A stretch of 64,000 nt of DNA. Origin: Candidatus Omnitrophota bacterium (lineage in GTDB: Bacteria > Omnitrophota > Gorgyraeia > B26-G9). The translations under genes and the position numbers were made by a program. The first letter of the stretch is position 1. Each line of letters begins with the position of its first letter. The notes under the pieces are model-generated. The model worked only from the letters and a program-made list of their open reading frames with translations. It did no database searches and was not told where the DNA came from. Shown one piece after another: positions 19,258-28,338 of this stretch. The stretch lies in NCBI GenBank assembly GCA_043826565.1, contig JBDRPX010000025.1, positions 36,966 to 100,965 on the forward strand, written 5' to 3'.

Positions 19258-20454
19258 ATGAAGGAAAAAATAATAAATTTATTTAAAAATTTGCTCTTGA
19301 CCAACATAGTGTTTTTTATAATCCTTGCCCCTTTTTCCAAAAAAGCTGTTAAAATTAGTATACTTATTTCTCTTGTCTTATGTATAGTTATAACCATAGT
19401 GGAGTTTGGAAGTAATTTTCACAAGCATCTTATCAAAGAAATATCAATTGCTAAGCCTCTGGTGTTTTTTTGCGTCGCACTTGTACTTTCGACTATTTTT
19501 AGCTTAGACCCGTATTATAGCCATGCTGTTTTGTTTGAACGGTACTTAGTGTATATTCTATTTTTCTTGGTTGGCAATTATTTCATAAGATCTAAGAAAA
19601 ATTTAAGTGTTTTGATTGGGGCAATTATACTAGCAGGTATTCTTATGGGAGTTGGCGGTATCTGGGACTATTTTTGTTTAAATCTTGTCAGATTGCATAC
19701 GTCTTTTGGGCGAATGATTAGCTACGCAAGTTTTCTAATACTGCAGATTCCTTTGTGTTTTATTGTTTTATTTTATTCTAAAAATAAACTTTTAAAATCA
19801 GGTGCTTTTATTGGTATTATATTGCTTTTTTTCTGTCTTATACTCAATGCCACACGCGCGGCTTGGGTTGCGATAGTAGTTTCGTTAATAATTATTTCTT
19901 TCTTTAAAAATAGAAAATTTGCTTGTGGCTTGTTAATTTGTATTATTATAGGAGGTCTATTTTTACCTGCGCAGTTAAAATATCGGGCAATTACGACGGC
20001 TGATCCTCTGACGTGGGGAGAAAGAGTTCCTTTATGGAATATAGCGATAAGAATGTTTAATGATTACCCGATTTTTGGAGTGGGATTAGGAATGCAAGAA
20101 AAGCTTTTTAGCACATATTGGAAGCAGTCAATTTATTTTCCCACATTTAAATATTGGCATTCGCACAATAATTATCTAGAAATTGCCGCGGAAACCGGAA
20201 TAGTCGGGATTTTGTCTTTTTTATATATTTTTGTTACTTTTTTAAAAAATGCTTATTCCCGGGGAAAATTACTTAAAGATAACGAAAGCATTGTATTTTT
20301 AGGGTTAACCGGCTGTATCATTGCTACTTTAATTTTGGCTATGTCTGATTCTAATGTAACTGTGGGAGTGCAGGATGCGGCGGTATTTTGGTTTATTTTT
20401 GGGATAGTTTCCGGGTTGATTTTTTTTAGAAAAACTCCGGAAAATATAGCGTGA
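19258..20454 (+). CDS. O-antigen ligase family protein (WaaL / O-OTase-like)
   Basis: TRAAW, ERVPLW, PIFGVG and HSHNNYLEIAAETG; multi-TM; ATG 19258 assumed. Confidence 0.85.
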   Translation: MKEKIINLFKNLLLTNIVFFIILAPFSKKAVKISILISLVLCIVITIVEFGSNFHKHLIKEISIAKPLVFFCVALVLSTIFSLDPYYSHAVLFERYLVYILFFLVGNYFIRSKKNLSVLIGAIILAGILMGVGGIWDYFCLNLVRLHTSFGRMISYASFLILQIPLCFIVLFYSKNKLLKSGAFIGIILLFFCLILNATRAAWVAIVVSLIIISFFKNRKFACGLLICIIIGGLFLPAQLKYRAITTADPLTWGERVPLWNIAIRMFNDYPIFGVGLGMQEKLFSTYWKQSIYFPTFKYWHSHNNYLEIAAETGIVGILSFLYIFVTFLKNAYSRGKLLKDNESIVFLGLTGCIIATLILAMSDSNVTVGVQDAAVFWFIFGIVSGLIFFRKTPENIA

Positions 20455-20473
20455 TTTTTATTTTAATAAGAGA

Positions 20474-21727
20474 GTGTTTATGAGAATAAATAGTTTACTT
20501 AAAAATGCTGGGATAATGTTTTTTGCTACGGCAATAGCAAATGTTTTTACTTTGCTGTATCAGTTGTTTATGATTAGAGCCTTAGTTCCTTCTGATTTTG
20601 GACTTTTAGATAAATTATTAGGGCTGACTCTTCTTACATCCATGCCGATGGGGTCATTTCAGGCCGTTGTGACTAAATTCATATCCAGTTTTAAGGCTGA
20701 AAACAACTTTGGGAAAATATATGCTTTTCTTTGGTTGTTTTTAAAAAAATTAGGGATTTTAGGGATAATAACTCTCATTACTTTTGTTGTTTTTCGTAAC
20801 AATATAGCTGCTTATTATAAAACAGAAAATACCTTTTTGATAGTAATGGTCGGGCTGTTATTGATAATTTCTACAGTTCTGCCCTTGAATCTGGGAGCAT
20901 TGCAGGGACTGCAGAAATTCAAGAGTTTAGGGACTGCATCAATATTAAGTAGTTTTCTGCGATTGATACTGGGAGTGGTTTTTGTGAAAATAGGGTTCAA
21001 AGTGGCCGGAGCTCTTATGGCGCTTATTATTGCATCAATTACTGCTTTTCTGGTGGCTTTTATCCCTTTGAGAAAGTATTTCTTGTTTAAAGAAGGCCGT
21101 GATTCAAAAAGTAATGATTATAATCTGGATCTTAAAGAAATCTATAAATACTGTTTGCCGGCTTTTATCGCGATGTTTAGCTTTGCGCTTCTTACTAATA
21201 TGGATTTGCAGTTGATCAGTCCTTTTTTTTCCAAAGAGGATGCAGGGTATTTTGCCTTAGCCAGAATGCTGGGTAAAATCATCTTATATTTACCTGGAGC
21301 TGTAACAATAGTAATGTTTCCCAAAGTTTCAGAGTATTATACTTTGGGGAGAGATACGAGTTCTATCTTAAAAAAGTGTCTATTAATTGTTGGGGCAATT
21401 TGCTTTTTTTCAGGACTTGTTTGTGCTATTTTCCCGGAATTGATACTTAACCTGCTTGTCGGCAAAGTATATCCGCAATGCATACCGTTGGTTCTGCCTT
21501 TTGTCACAAGTATGGGGTTTTATGCATTATCAAGTGTGTTCTTGTATTATTATCTTTCAATACTTAATATGAAGTTCATTTATATTTGTATGGGGTTTGC
21601 CTGTTTGCAGGCAGCTCTGATCTTGTTTTTTCATAGTAGTCTATTGCAGGTACTTTATATTTTGGTCGTATGTTCAATAGCTTTATTTTTAATTAATATT
21701 TTGGGAGTGAAAAAGTTAGTAATATGA
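20474..21727 (+). CDS. Oligosaccharide flippase (Wzx/MOP family)
   Basis: About 12 TMs; LVPSDFG, LGALQGLQKF, AGYFALA, VMFPKVS. Confidence 0.85.
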   Translation: MFMRINSLLKNAGIMFFATAIANVFTLLYQLFMIRALVPSDFGLLDKLLGLTLLTSMPMGSFQAVVTKFISSFKAENNFGKIYAFLWLFLKKLGILGIITLITFVVFRNNIAAYYKTENTFLIVMVGLLLIISTVLPLNLGALQGLQKFKSLGTASILSSFLRLILGVVFVKIGFKVAGALMALIIASITAFLVAFIPLRKYFLFKEGRDSKSNDYNLDLKEIYKYCLPAFIAMFSFALLTNMDLQLISPFFSKEDAGYFALARMLGKIILYLPGAVTIVMFPKVSEYYTLGRDTSSILKKCLLIVGAICFFSGLVCAIFPELILNLLVGKVYPQCIPLVLPFVTSMGFYALSSVFLYYYLSILNMKFIYICMGFACLQAALILFFHSSLLQVLYILVVCSIALFLINILGVKKLVI

Positions 21728-22527
21728 AAAATATAGAGGGAAAGAAAATATCAATAATAATGCCTGCCTATAATGAAGAAGCTAGAATAGTGGATAGTCT
21801 TAAAGAAACCATTAAGACTTTTGATGATTTTAAATCTAATTATGAAATTATAGTTGTTGATGACGGCTCAAACGATCAAACGTATGAACAAACCAAGAAA
21901 TTTTCACAGGATATTGGTAATGGAAAAATAGTTGTTCGGCGTAATCGGGCTAATTACGGTAAGGGAAGAACATTATATAAAGGATTTCGCTATGCAACAG
22001 GAGATTATATTATATTTCTTGATGCTGACATGGACTTGCATCCTGGACAGATAGATACTTTTTTTGACATCATGGAGCTGACCGACAGTGATATTGTGAT
22101 CGGGTCTAAACGGCATCCTAATTCTAAACTGTTCTATCCATGGGAACGCAGGATTATGAGTGCGGTATATTTTTTCATTATTAAACTATTGTTTGGTCTG
22201 CCTCTAAATGATACACAGACAGGTTTGAAATTATTTAAAAAGCAGGTACTTAAGGAAGTTTTTCGTGAGTTTATGAGCAGGGAATTCGCTTTTGATCTTG
22301 AGCTTTTAGTTACCGCACATAGTTTGGGGTATAAAATTGCCGAGGCCCCTGTATTTATTAATTCGCAAAGAGGGTATAGCCGTATTGGGGTGGTGGCAGT
22401 ATATAAAATGTGTGTTGATACTGTGGCAATTTATCTGCGTTATCTTAGGAATAGATCAAGGCGGTTTGCTTATAAGTTAAATAAAAAGGGGTTTTTAAAC
22501 TTTACAATGATTTTTCAGAGGGATTAA
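21724..22527 (+). CDS. GT2 glycosyltransferase (DPM/polyprenol-phosphate type)
   Basis: PAYNEE, VDDGSND, GKG, FLDADMD, DTQTGLK, FAFDLELL. Confidence 0.9.
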   Translation: MKNIEGKKISIIMPAYNEEARIVDSLKETIKTFDDFKSNYEIIVVDDGSNDQTYEQTKKFSQDIGNGKIVVRRNRANYGKGRTLYKGFRYATGDYIIFLDADMDLHPGQIDTFFDIMELTDSDIVIGSKRHPNSKLFYPWERRIMSAVYFFIIKLLFGLPLNDTQTGLKLFKKQVLKEVFREFMSREFAFDLELLVTAHSLGYKIAEAPVFINSQRGYSRIGVVAVYKMCVDTVAIYLRYLRNRSRRFAYKLNKKGFLNFTMIFQRD

Positions 22528-22529
22528 AT

Positions 22530-23468
22530 ATGAATATTTTAGTGACTGGCGGGGCAGGTTTTTTAGGATCGCATTTATGTAAGAGGTTTATTGAAGAAGG
22601 CCATTCAGTGATATGTGTGGACAATTTTATTACTGGTAAAAAAGAGAATATTGAGGAACTTTTAGCAAATCCTAAATTTAGTCTTGTTGAGCATGATATA
22701 TCAAACTCAATTTGTTTTGGTGAAAAATTAGATTGGGTGTTTCATTTTGCTTCTATAGCTTCACCAGTTTTTTACTTAAAATACCCGATTAAGACATTAA
22801 AGTCTGGCCTTAATGGAACGCATAATTGTTTAGGCATTGCCAAAATGCATAAAGCCAAATTTTTTCTTGCTTCTACATCAGAAATATACGGAGACCCTTT
22901 GGTTCATCCCCAAAAAGAAGATTACTGGGGTAATGTTAATTCCATAGGGCCGAGAAGCTGTTATGATGAAAGTAAAAGAGGGGCAGAGGCTCTGACGTAT
23001 GCCTATATGCGCAGTCATGATTTGGATGTTAGAGTAATTAGAATTTTTAATACGTATGGGCCTAATATGCAAATAGATGATGGGCGGGTAGTATCAAATT
23101 TTATTGTTCAGGCTCTTAAAAATAGAGACCTAACTATTTATGGCGATGGAAATCAAACTCGTTCGTTTTGTTATGTTGATGATCTGGTTGAAGGAATTCT
23201 TAGATTAATGAATGTTGATTATAATCAACCAGTGAATTTAGGTAATCCTGGTGAATATAAAATGATTGATTTGGCGGAAATGGTCATTAAAGCTCTAGGG
23301 TCTAAGTCTAAAATTAAGTTTGAACCATTGCCGCAAGATGATCCTAAACGGAGAAAGCCGGATATTTCTTTAGCAAAAAAGCAATTGAATTGGCAACCTT
23401 TAATACCAGTTGAACAAGGAATTAAGAAAACTGCTGAGTATTTTGCGAAACAATTAAAAGTCAAATGA
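22530..23468 (+). CDS. uxs: UDP-glucuronate decarboxylase (UDP-xylose synthase)
   Basis: TGGAGFLGSHL, ASTSEIYGDP, YWGNVN, RSCYDESKR, RIFNTYGP, DDPKRRKPDI. Confidence 0.9.
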   Translation: MNILVTGGAGFLGSHLCKRFIEEGHSVICVDNFITGKKENIEELLANPKFSLVEHDISNSICFGEKLDWVFHFASIASPVFYLKYPIKTLKSGLNGTHNCLGIAKMHKAKFFLASTSEIYGDPLVHPQKEDYWGNVNSIGPRSCYDESKRGAEALTYAYMRSHDLDVRVIRIFNTYGPNMQIDDGRVVSNFIVQALKNRDLTIYGDGNQTRSFCYVDDLVEGILRLMNVDYNQPVNLGNPGEYKMIDLAEMVIKALGSKSKIKFEPLPQDDPKRRKPDISLAKKQLNWQPLIPVEQGIKKTAEYFAKQLKVK

Positions 23469-23500
23469 TTTGATAATTTCAATCAAAAAAAGGATGGAAA

Positions 23501-24796
23501 ATGAATATTGCTATTGTCGGGACAGGATATGTTGGACTGGTTTCAGGTACGTGTTTTGCAGAACTTGGGAATACTGTTATTTGCGTTGATAACAATGAGA
23601 AAAAAATAGAAGACTTAAATAAGGGCGTTATTCCGATATACGAACCTGGTTTAGAAGAATTAGTAGCGAAAAACCGCAAAAAAAAGCGGCTTATGTTTAC
23701 TACTGATATGAAACAAGCTGTGCAAAAATCAAAAGTGATTTTTATTGCTGTGGGCACTCCTCCTAAACTTGATGGTGATGCTGATTTAAAATATATCGAA
23801 CAAGTTTCACGTGATGTTGCTCGTTATATGAACAATTATAAGGTTGTTGTGGAAAAAAGTACGGTTCCGGTTGAAACAAATAAATGGGTTAAGTATATAA
23901 TGCGACTTAACAACAATAAGATAGATTTTGATGTAGCTTCTAATCCTGAGTTTTTAAAAGAAGGCTCAGCTATAGAAGATTTTATGCATCCAGATAGGAT
24001 TGTATTAGGAGTGGAAAGTGAAAGAGCGAGAAAACTTCTGGTTAAACTGTATGAGCCGCTAAAAGCTCCAATCGTAGTTACCAATATCCAGAGTGCAGAA
24101 ATCATTAAACATGCTTCAAACTCGTTTCTAGCTACAAAAATATCATTTATTAATGCCGTAGCTAATATTTGCGAACAGGTTGGGGCGGATATTGAAAAAG
24201 TTGCTGAAGGTATGGGCTTAGATAAAAGGATCGGAAGAAGCTTTCTGAAAGCTGGAATCGGATACGGCGGTAGCTGTTTTCCTAAAGATGTTCAGGCCTT
24301 TATCCGGATTGCTCAAAATTTAGGATGTAAATTTGATATTTTAAAGGCGGTTGAAACTGTTAATAAAAATCAAAGAAAATTAGTTTTTAAGAAAATAGAA
24401 CAAGCTCTCTGGATCTTAAATGAAAAAAAGATTGGGATTCTTGGTATAGCTTTTAAGCCAAATACCGATGATATTCGAAGTGCTCCGGCAATTGATATAA
24501 TAAAAATGTTGCAAGGTGAAGGTGCGAAGGTTAAAGCTTATGATCCAAAAGCAATGGAGCATGCAAAAGAATTATTGCCCAATGTTGATTTTTGTAAAAA
24601 CGCATACGATGCCGTAAGAGATTGTGATGCTTTGGTTATTATTACGGAATGGCCTGAGTTTAATAAACTAAGTCTTATGAGAATTAAAAAGATGCTAAAA
24701 CATCCGATTGTGATTGATGCGAGAAATATCTTTGATCCCAAGAAAATGAAAAAATTAGGGTTTAAATATTTTGATATTGGCCGTTCTAAAGCATAA
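23501..24796 (+). CDS. ugd: UDP-glucose 6-dehydrogenase
   Basis: GTGYVGL, EKSTVP, SNPEFLKEG, GYGGSCFPKD, AFKPNTDDIR. Confidence 0.93.
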   Translation: MNIAIVGTGYVGLVSGTCFAELGNTVICVDNNEKKIEDLNKGVIPIYEPGLEELVAKNRKKKRLMFTTDMKQAVQKSKVIFIAVGTPPKLDGDADLKYIEQVSRDVARYMNNYKVVVEKSTVPVETNKWVKYIMRLNNNKIDFDVASNPEFLKEGSAIEDFMHPDRIVLGVESERARKLLVKLYEPLKAPIVVTNIQSAEIIKHASNSFLATKISFINAVANICEQVGADIEKVAEGMGLDKRIGRSFLKAGIGYGGSCFPKDVQAFIRIAQNLGCKFDILKAVETVNKNQRKLVFKKIEQALWILNEKKIGILGIAFKPNTDDIRSAPAIDIIKMLQGEGAKVKAYDPKAMEHAKELLPNVDFCKNAYDAVRDCDALVIITEWPEFNKLSLMRIKKMLKHPIVIDARNIFDPKKMKKLGFKYFDIGRSKA

Positions 24797-24828
24797 GCAT
24801 TAAAGTTGTAATCCTAAGGAAATTTAAA

Positions 24829-25854
24829 ATGAACGATTTTTCGGTTGCGATAATTATACCGGTCAAATATTTTAATCCTAAGCTTAAAAAAGCAATTCAA
24901 GAGTGTCTTAACCTTGATTATCCATCCTTTGAAGTGCTTGTGTTTCCTGATGAGACAAGCGATGGCTTTATTCCTTTTGAAGGAAAAATTAAAATCATTC
25001 CCAGTGGAAATATGGGGCCGGCTTTAAAAAGGGATATGGCCTTGGCGCATTCCAAAGCAGATATTTTTGCTTTTTTAGATGATGATGCTTATCCGGAACC
25101 GGATTGGCTGAAGAATGCGGTAAAACATTTTAAAAAATCTGAAGTAGCTGCTGTGGGTGGGCCGTCAGTAACCCCGCCAGAAAGTTCTTTTGCCGGTGCG
25201 GCAAGTGGTACTGCTTTTGCTTCGATTACAGTTTCCGGACCATATACGTATCGATATGTTCCCGGCAATAAAATTATGGAAGTAGATGATTATCCTTCTT
25301 GTAATTTTCTTGTGCGCAGGGAAATCTTTGAAAGCCTGGGAGGCTTTGACAGCAGTTTTTATCCTGGAGAAGATACAAAGCTTTGCCTGGAAATAACGAA
25401 AAAATTAAATAAAAAAATCATTTATGATCCGGAAGTTCTTGTTTATCATCATCGCCGCGATTTGTTGATCGGCCATATTCAGCAGGTAGCAAATTATGCA
25501 ATTCATCGCGGTAATTTTTCCAAAAGGTTTCCGGAGACATCACGGAAAATTGTTTATTTTATGCCCAGCTTATTTGTCGGATTGCTGCTTAGCGGAGCAG
25601 GGGTAGTTTGCATTTTTCCTGTGCTAAAATCATTCTATTTAGGATGTATATCCCTTTATTTAGCGATAATCACAGCTAATGCTGTTTGGGTACTGCTTAT
25701 AGATAAAAAGGTTTCTTTTTTTAAGAAAGGTTTACTTATAGCTCCGGCAATTGTATTTATCGGGATAACGCATATTGTTTATGGGATATTTTTTATTAAA
25801 GGTATTTTTTTAAAACAACTTAAAGAAGAAAAGAAAGATGGAATAAATTTCTAA
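24829..25854 (+). CDS. GT2 glycosyltransferase with C-terminal TM helices
   Basis: FLDDDAYP, VGGP, PSCNF, GEDTKLC, VYHHRR. Confidence 0.88.
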   Translation: MNDFSVAIIIPVKYFNPKLKKAIQECLNLDYPSFEVLVFPDETSDGFIPFEGKIKIIPSGNMGPALKRDMALAHSKADIFAFLDDDAYPEPDWLKNAVKHFKKSEVAAVGGPSVTPPESSFAGAASGTAFASITVSGPYTYRYVPGNKIMEVDDYPSCNFLVRREIFESLGGFDSSFYPGEDTKLCLEITKKLNKKIIYDPEVLVYHHRRDLLIGHIQQVANYAIHRGNFSKRFPETSRKIVYFMPSLFVGLLLSGAGVVCIFPVLKSFYLGCISLYLAIITANAVWVLLIDKKVSFFKKGLLIAPAIVFIGITHIVYGIFFIKGIFLKQLKEEKKDGINF

Positions 25855-25923
25855 TTACTAATTTCTAATTGACCTAAAAAAAGAGAAAGATGGAATAAAT
25901 TTCTAATTTCTAATTAACCTAAA
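25832..25923 (+). repeat. Tandem duplication containing CTAATT(T/A) heptamers
   Basis: AGAAAGATGGAATAAATTTCTAATT at 25832 and 25884. Copy 1 has three CTAATT units and copy 2 has two; both are followed by (G/A)ACCTAAAA. Confidence 0.9.
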
Positions 25924-26025
25924 ATGAGTGAAAATAAAGATAAAAAGTATGATTTAGAAGAGCGGACTGCCAAATTCGCAGAGGAAATTGTTCGTTTTGC
26001 AAAGCGAATAAAGAAGGATGTCTAG
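25924..26025 (+). pseudogene. Truncated four-helix-bundle protein (TIGR02436 / 23S_rRNA_IVP-like), 33 aa
   Basis: Translates MSENKDKKYDLEERTAKFAEEIVRFAKRIKKDV*. YDLEERTxKF matches the typical N-terminal helix of this ~120-aa family; the remainder is absent. Confidence 0.75.
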
Positions 26026-26075
26026 GCATTAGAGCAATTAAATGACTTTACAAACGGGTATGGCTCATAGTTTTT

Positions 26076-26103
26076 ACTATTGACTATCGACTATTGACCG
26101 TTT
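26076..26103. repeat. Heptamer tandem array ACTAT(T/C)G
   Basis: ACTATTG ACTATCG ACTATTG ACCGTTT. Confidence 0.85.
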
Positions 26104-26127
26104 AACATTAAGGACTTTCAACTAATT

Positions 26128-27618
26128 ATGAAAATTATTATTTCTTATCCGCCTTTAAATAAAGAAAAGGGTATTCCTTTACTGTCGCAAAACAGACAGT
26201 TTCAATATTTTAAGGACCCTACTTATATCTATCCGGTAGTTCCGGCGCAGGCAGCTTCACTTTTAAAAAGAGAAGGCTTTGATGTTATCTGGAACGATTG
26301 TATTGCCCAGGAATGGACTTATCCGCGGTTTATCCAATTTATTAAAGACGAAAAGCCGGATATTATTGCATTGGAGACAAAAACTCCTGTTATCCAGGAG
26401 CACTGGAAAATCATCAACAGCCTTAAAGAACTGGCAACTGGTAACTGGCAACTGGTAACTGTTCTATTTGGCGACCATGTAACGGCAATGCCGGAAGAAT
26501 CTATGCAGAATTCAAAAGTTGATTTTGTGCTTACCGGCGGCGATTACGACTTTCTCCTGTTAAATTTGTGTAATATTTTAAAAGAATTAAAACTAAACGC
26601 TATCCGCTATCCGCTATCCGCTAACTTAGAGCCTGGCATTTGGTATCGTAACGGAGAACAGATAAAAAACACCGGAACTTTTAAACTGAATCATGATTTA
26701 AATTCACTTCCTTTTATTGATCGAGATCTGACCAATTGGAAACTATACGCCTATAAAAACGGCAATTACCGCCGTACTCCGGGAACCTATATTATGAGCG
26801 GCCGGGATTGCTGGTGGGGGAAATGTACCTTTTGCAGTTGGCCGACACTTTATCCTGAGTTCCGGCAGAGAAAGGTATCCAATGTATTGGATGAAATTGA
26901 AATACTGGTAAAGCATTATGGAGTTAAGGAGATTATGGATGATTCCGGATCATTTCCGATTGGAGACTGGCTTAATGAGTTTTGCCGGGGAATGATCAGC
27001 CGGGGATTAAATAAAAAAGTAACGCTTGATTGTAATATGCGTTTTGGCGCGCTTTCTCTTGATGAATATAAGCTGATGAGAAAAGCCGGTTTTAGATTCC
27101 TGCTTTTTGGTATTGAATCAGCTAATCAGAAGACTTTAGATAAGATAAAAAAGAATCTTAAAGTAGAGACAATTACCGAATCATGCCATAATGCGCGTAA
27201 GGCGGGATTATATCCGCATATTACAATTATGTTCGGATATCCCTGGGAGACATATGAAGAGGCCCAAAACACTCTTGAACTGGGTAAATCATTGCTTAAA
27301 AAAGACTATGCCTATACCATGCAGTCTACGGTAGTTGTGCCTTATCCGGGTACGCCTTTATATGATGAGTGTAAGGCAAAAAATTTACTCTACACTACTG
27401 ATTGGACGGATTATGATATGAAAAAACCGGTTATGAAAATCGGATTTTCCCGGGAAAAGCTAATGGAGCTCGTGCAGAGCCTGTACTCGGTGAGTTTTTC
27501 TCCGGAGTTTATTATGCGTAAGATTTTCAGTATCCGGGAATTTGATGATATTAAATATTTTTCCCGGGCGTTTAAAAAAGTATGGGGACATATTTTTGAC
27601 TTTTCAAAAAAAGAGTGA
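26128..27618 (+). CDS. B12-binding radical SAM protein (HpnJ-like architecture) carrying two in-frame heptamer arrays
   Basis: YPVVPAQAA, FGDHVT, variant cluster motif RDCWWGKCTFC, FGIESA, PYPGTPLY. Confidence 0.85.
   Translation: MKIIISYPPLNKEKGIPLLSQNRQFQYFKDPTYIYPVVPAQAASLLKREGFDVIWNDCIAQEWTYPRFIQFIKDEKPDIIALETKTPVIQEHWKIINSLKELATGNWQLVTVLFGDHVTAMPEESMQNSKVDFVLTGGDYDFLLLNLCNILKELKLNAIRYPLSANLEPGIWYRNGEQIKNTGTFKLNHDLNSLPFIDRDLTNWKLYAYKNGNYRRTPGTYIMSGRDCWWGKCTFCSWPTLYPEFRQRKVSNVLDEIEILVKHYGVKEIMDDSGSFPIGDWLNEFCRGMISRGLNKKVTLDCNMRFGALSLDEYKLMRKAGFRFLLFGIESANQKTLDKIKKNLKVETITESCHNARKAGLYPHITIMFGYPWETYEEAQNTLELGKSLLKKDYAYTMQSTVVVPYPGTPLYDECKAKNLLYTTDWTDYDMKKPVMKIGFSREKLMELVQSLYSVSFSPEFIMRKIFSIREFDDIKYFSRAFKKVWGHIFDFSKKE
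26429..26461. repeat. In-frame heptamer array AACTGG(C/T) in the radical SAM CDS
   Basis: AACTGGC AACTGGT AACTGGC AACTGGT AACTG, encoding ELATGNWQLVTV. Confidence 0.9.
26591..26625. repeat. In-frame heptamer array CGCTATC in the radical SAM CDS
   Basis: AACTAAA CGCTATC CGCTATC CGCTATC CGCTAAC, encoding KLNAIRYPLSAN. Confidence 0.9.
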
Positions 27619-27633
27619 GTTAATTTTAGAATA

Positions 27634-28338
27634 ATGAAATTAGAAGAATATTCAAAAAAATATATCCATTATTATTCAGATGAGGTGCCGGAGCTTATAG
27701 AGGATACTTTTAAGCAGCGCAAGATAAAAAGATTTGCTGATTTAGGTTCCGGGGATGGATCGATTTTATTTGCTCTGTTTAAAAAGGGATTACTTGATAA
27801 TGTTGAAAATATTACTGCTGTTGATATATCAGAAGACAGAATAAATAATGTGAAAAATATTAGTGATAGAATTTTCTGTATTGTTGCTGATGTCGGCAAT
27901 ATCCCAATGATTGATAATGAAAGTTTGGATTTTGCTGTATCTAATCAAGTTATTGAACATATGCCGGAGGAAGATAGCCTGATTAAAGAGGCTTTTCGCA
28001 CTCTATCTAAAGATGGAATATTATATATCTCGACTGTTTTTAAAAAGTGGTATGGTTGGTATTTCTACCGTTGTAACGGTAAGTGGACATTAGACCCTAC
28101 CCATCTAAAAGAGTATACAGATGAGACTCAACTTTTAGATAAAATTAGAAAATATGATTTTGAATTGCTGGTAAATAGAAAAAGCATGTATTGGTTTCCT
28201 GTCTCAGATTTTATTTTTAAACGAATAGGTATTAATCGTAATGCATATAATAATAATTTTTTAAGATTGCTTAGATATGTTAAAATACCAATTATCGGAT
28301 ACTATAATTGGGAGATTGTGCTGAGGAAGAATGGTTGA
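27634..28338 (+). CDS. Class I SAM-dependent methyltransferase
   Basis: ADLGSGDG, AVDIS, QVIEHM, HLKEY. Confidence 0.85.
   Translation: MKLEEYSKKYIHYYSDEVPELIEDTFKQRKIKRFADLGSGDGSILFALFKKGLLDNVENITAVDISEDRINNVKNISDRIFCIVADVGNIPMIDNESLDFAVSNQVIEHMPEEDSLIKEAFRTLSKDGILYISTVFKKWYGWYFYRCNGKWTLDPTHLKEYTDETQLLDKIRKYDFELLVNRKSMYWFPVSDFIFKRIGINRNAYNNNFLRLLRYVKIPIIGYYNWEIVLRKNG

Noticed and set aside
25832-26103. Possible CRISPR array or DGR (Avd-like remnant, direct repeats)
   Set aside because: Only two 25-bp copies, no spacer series, no cas or reverse transcriptase gene, and no TR/VR pair with adenine-specific differences seen.
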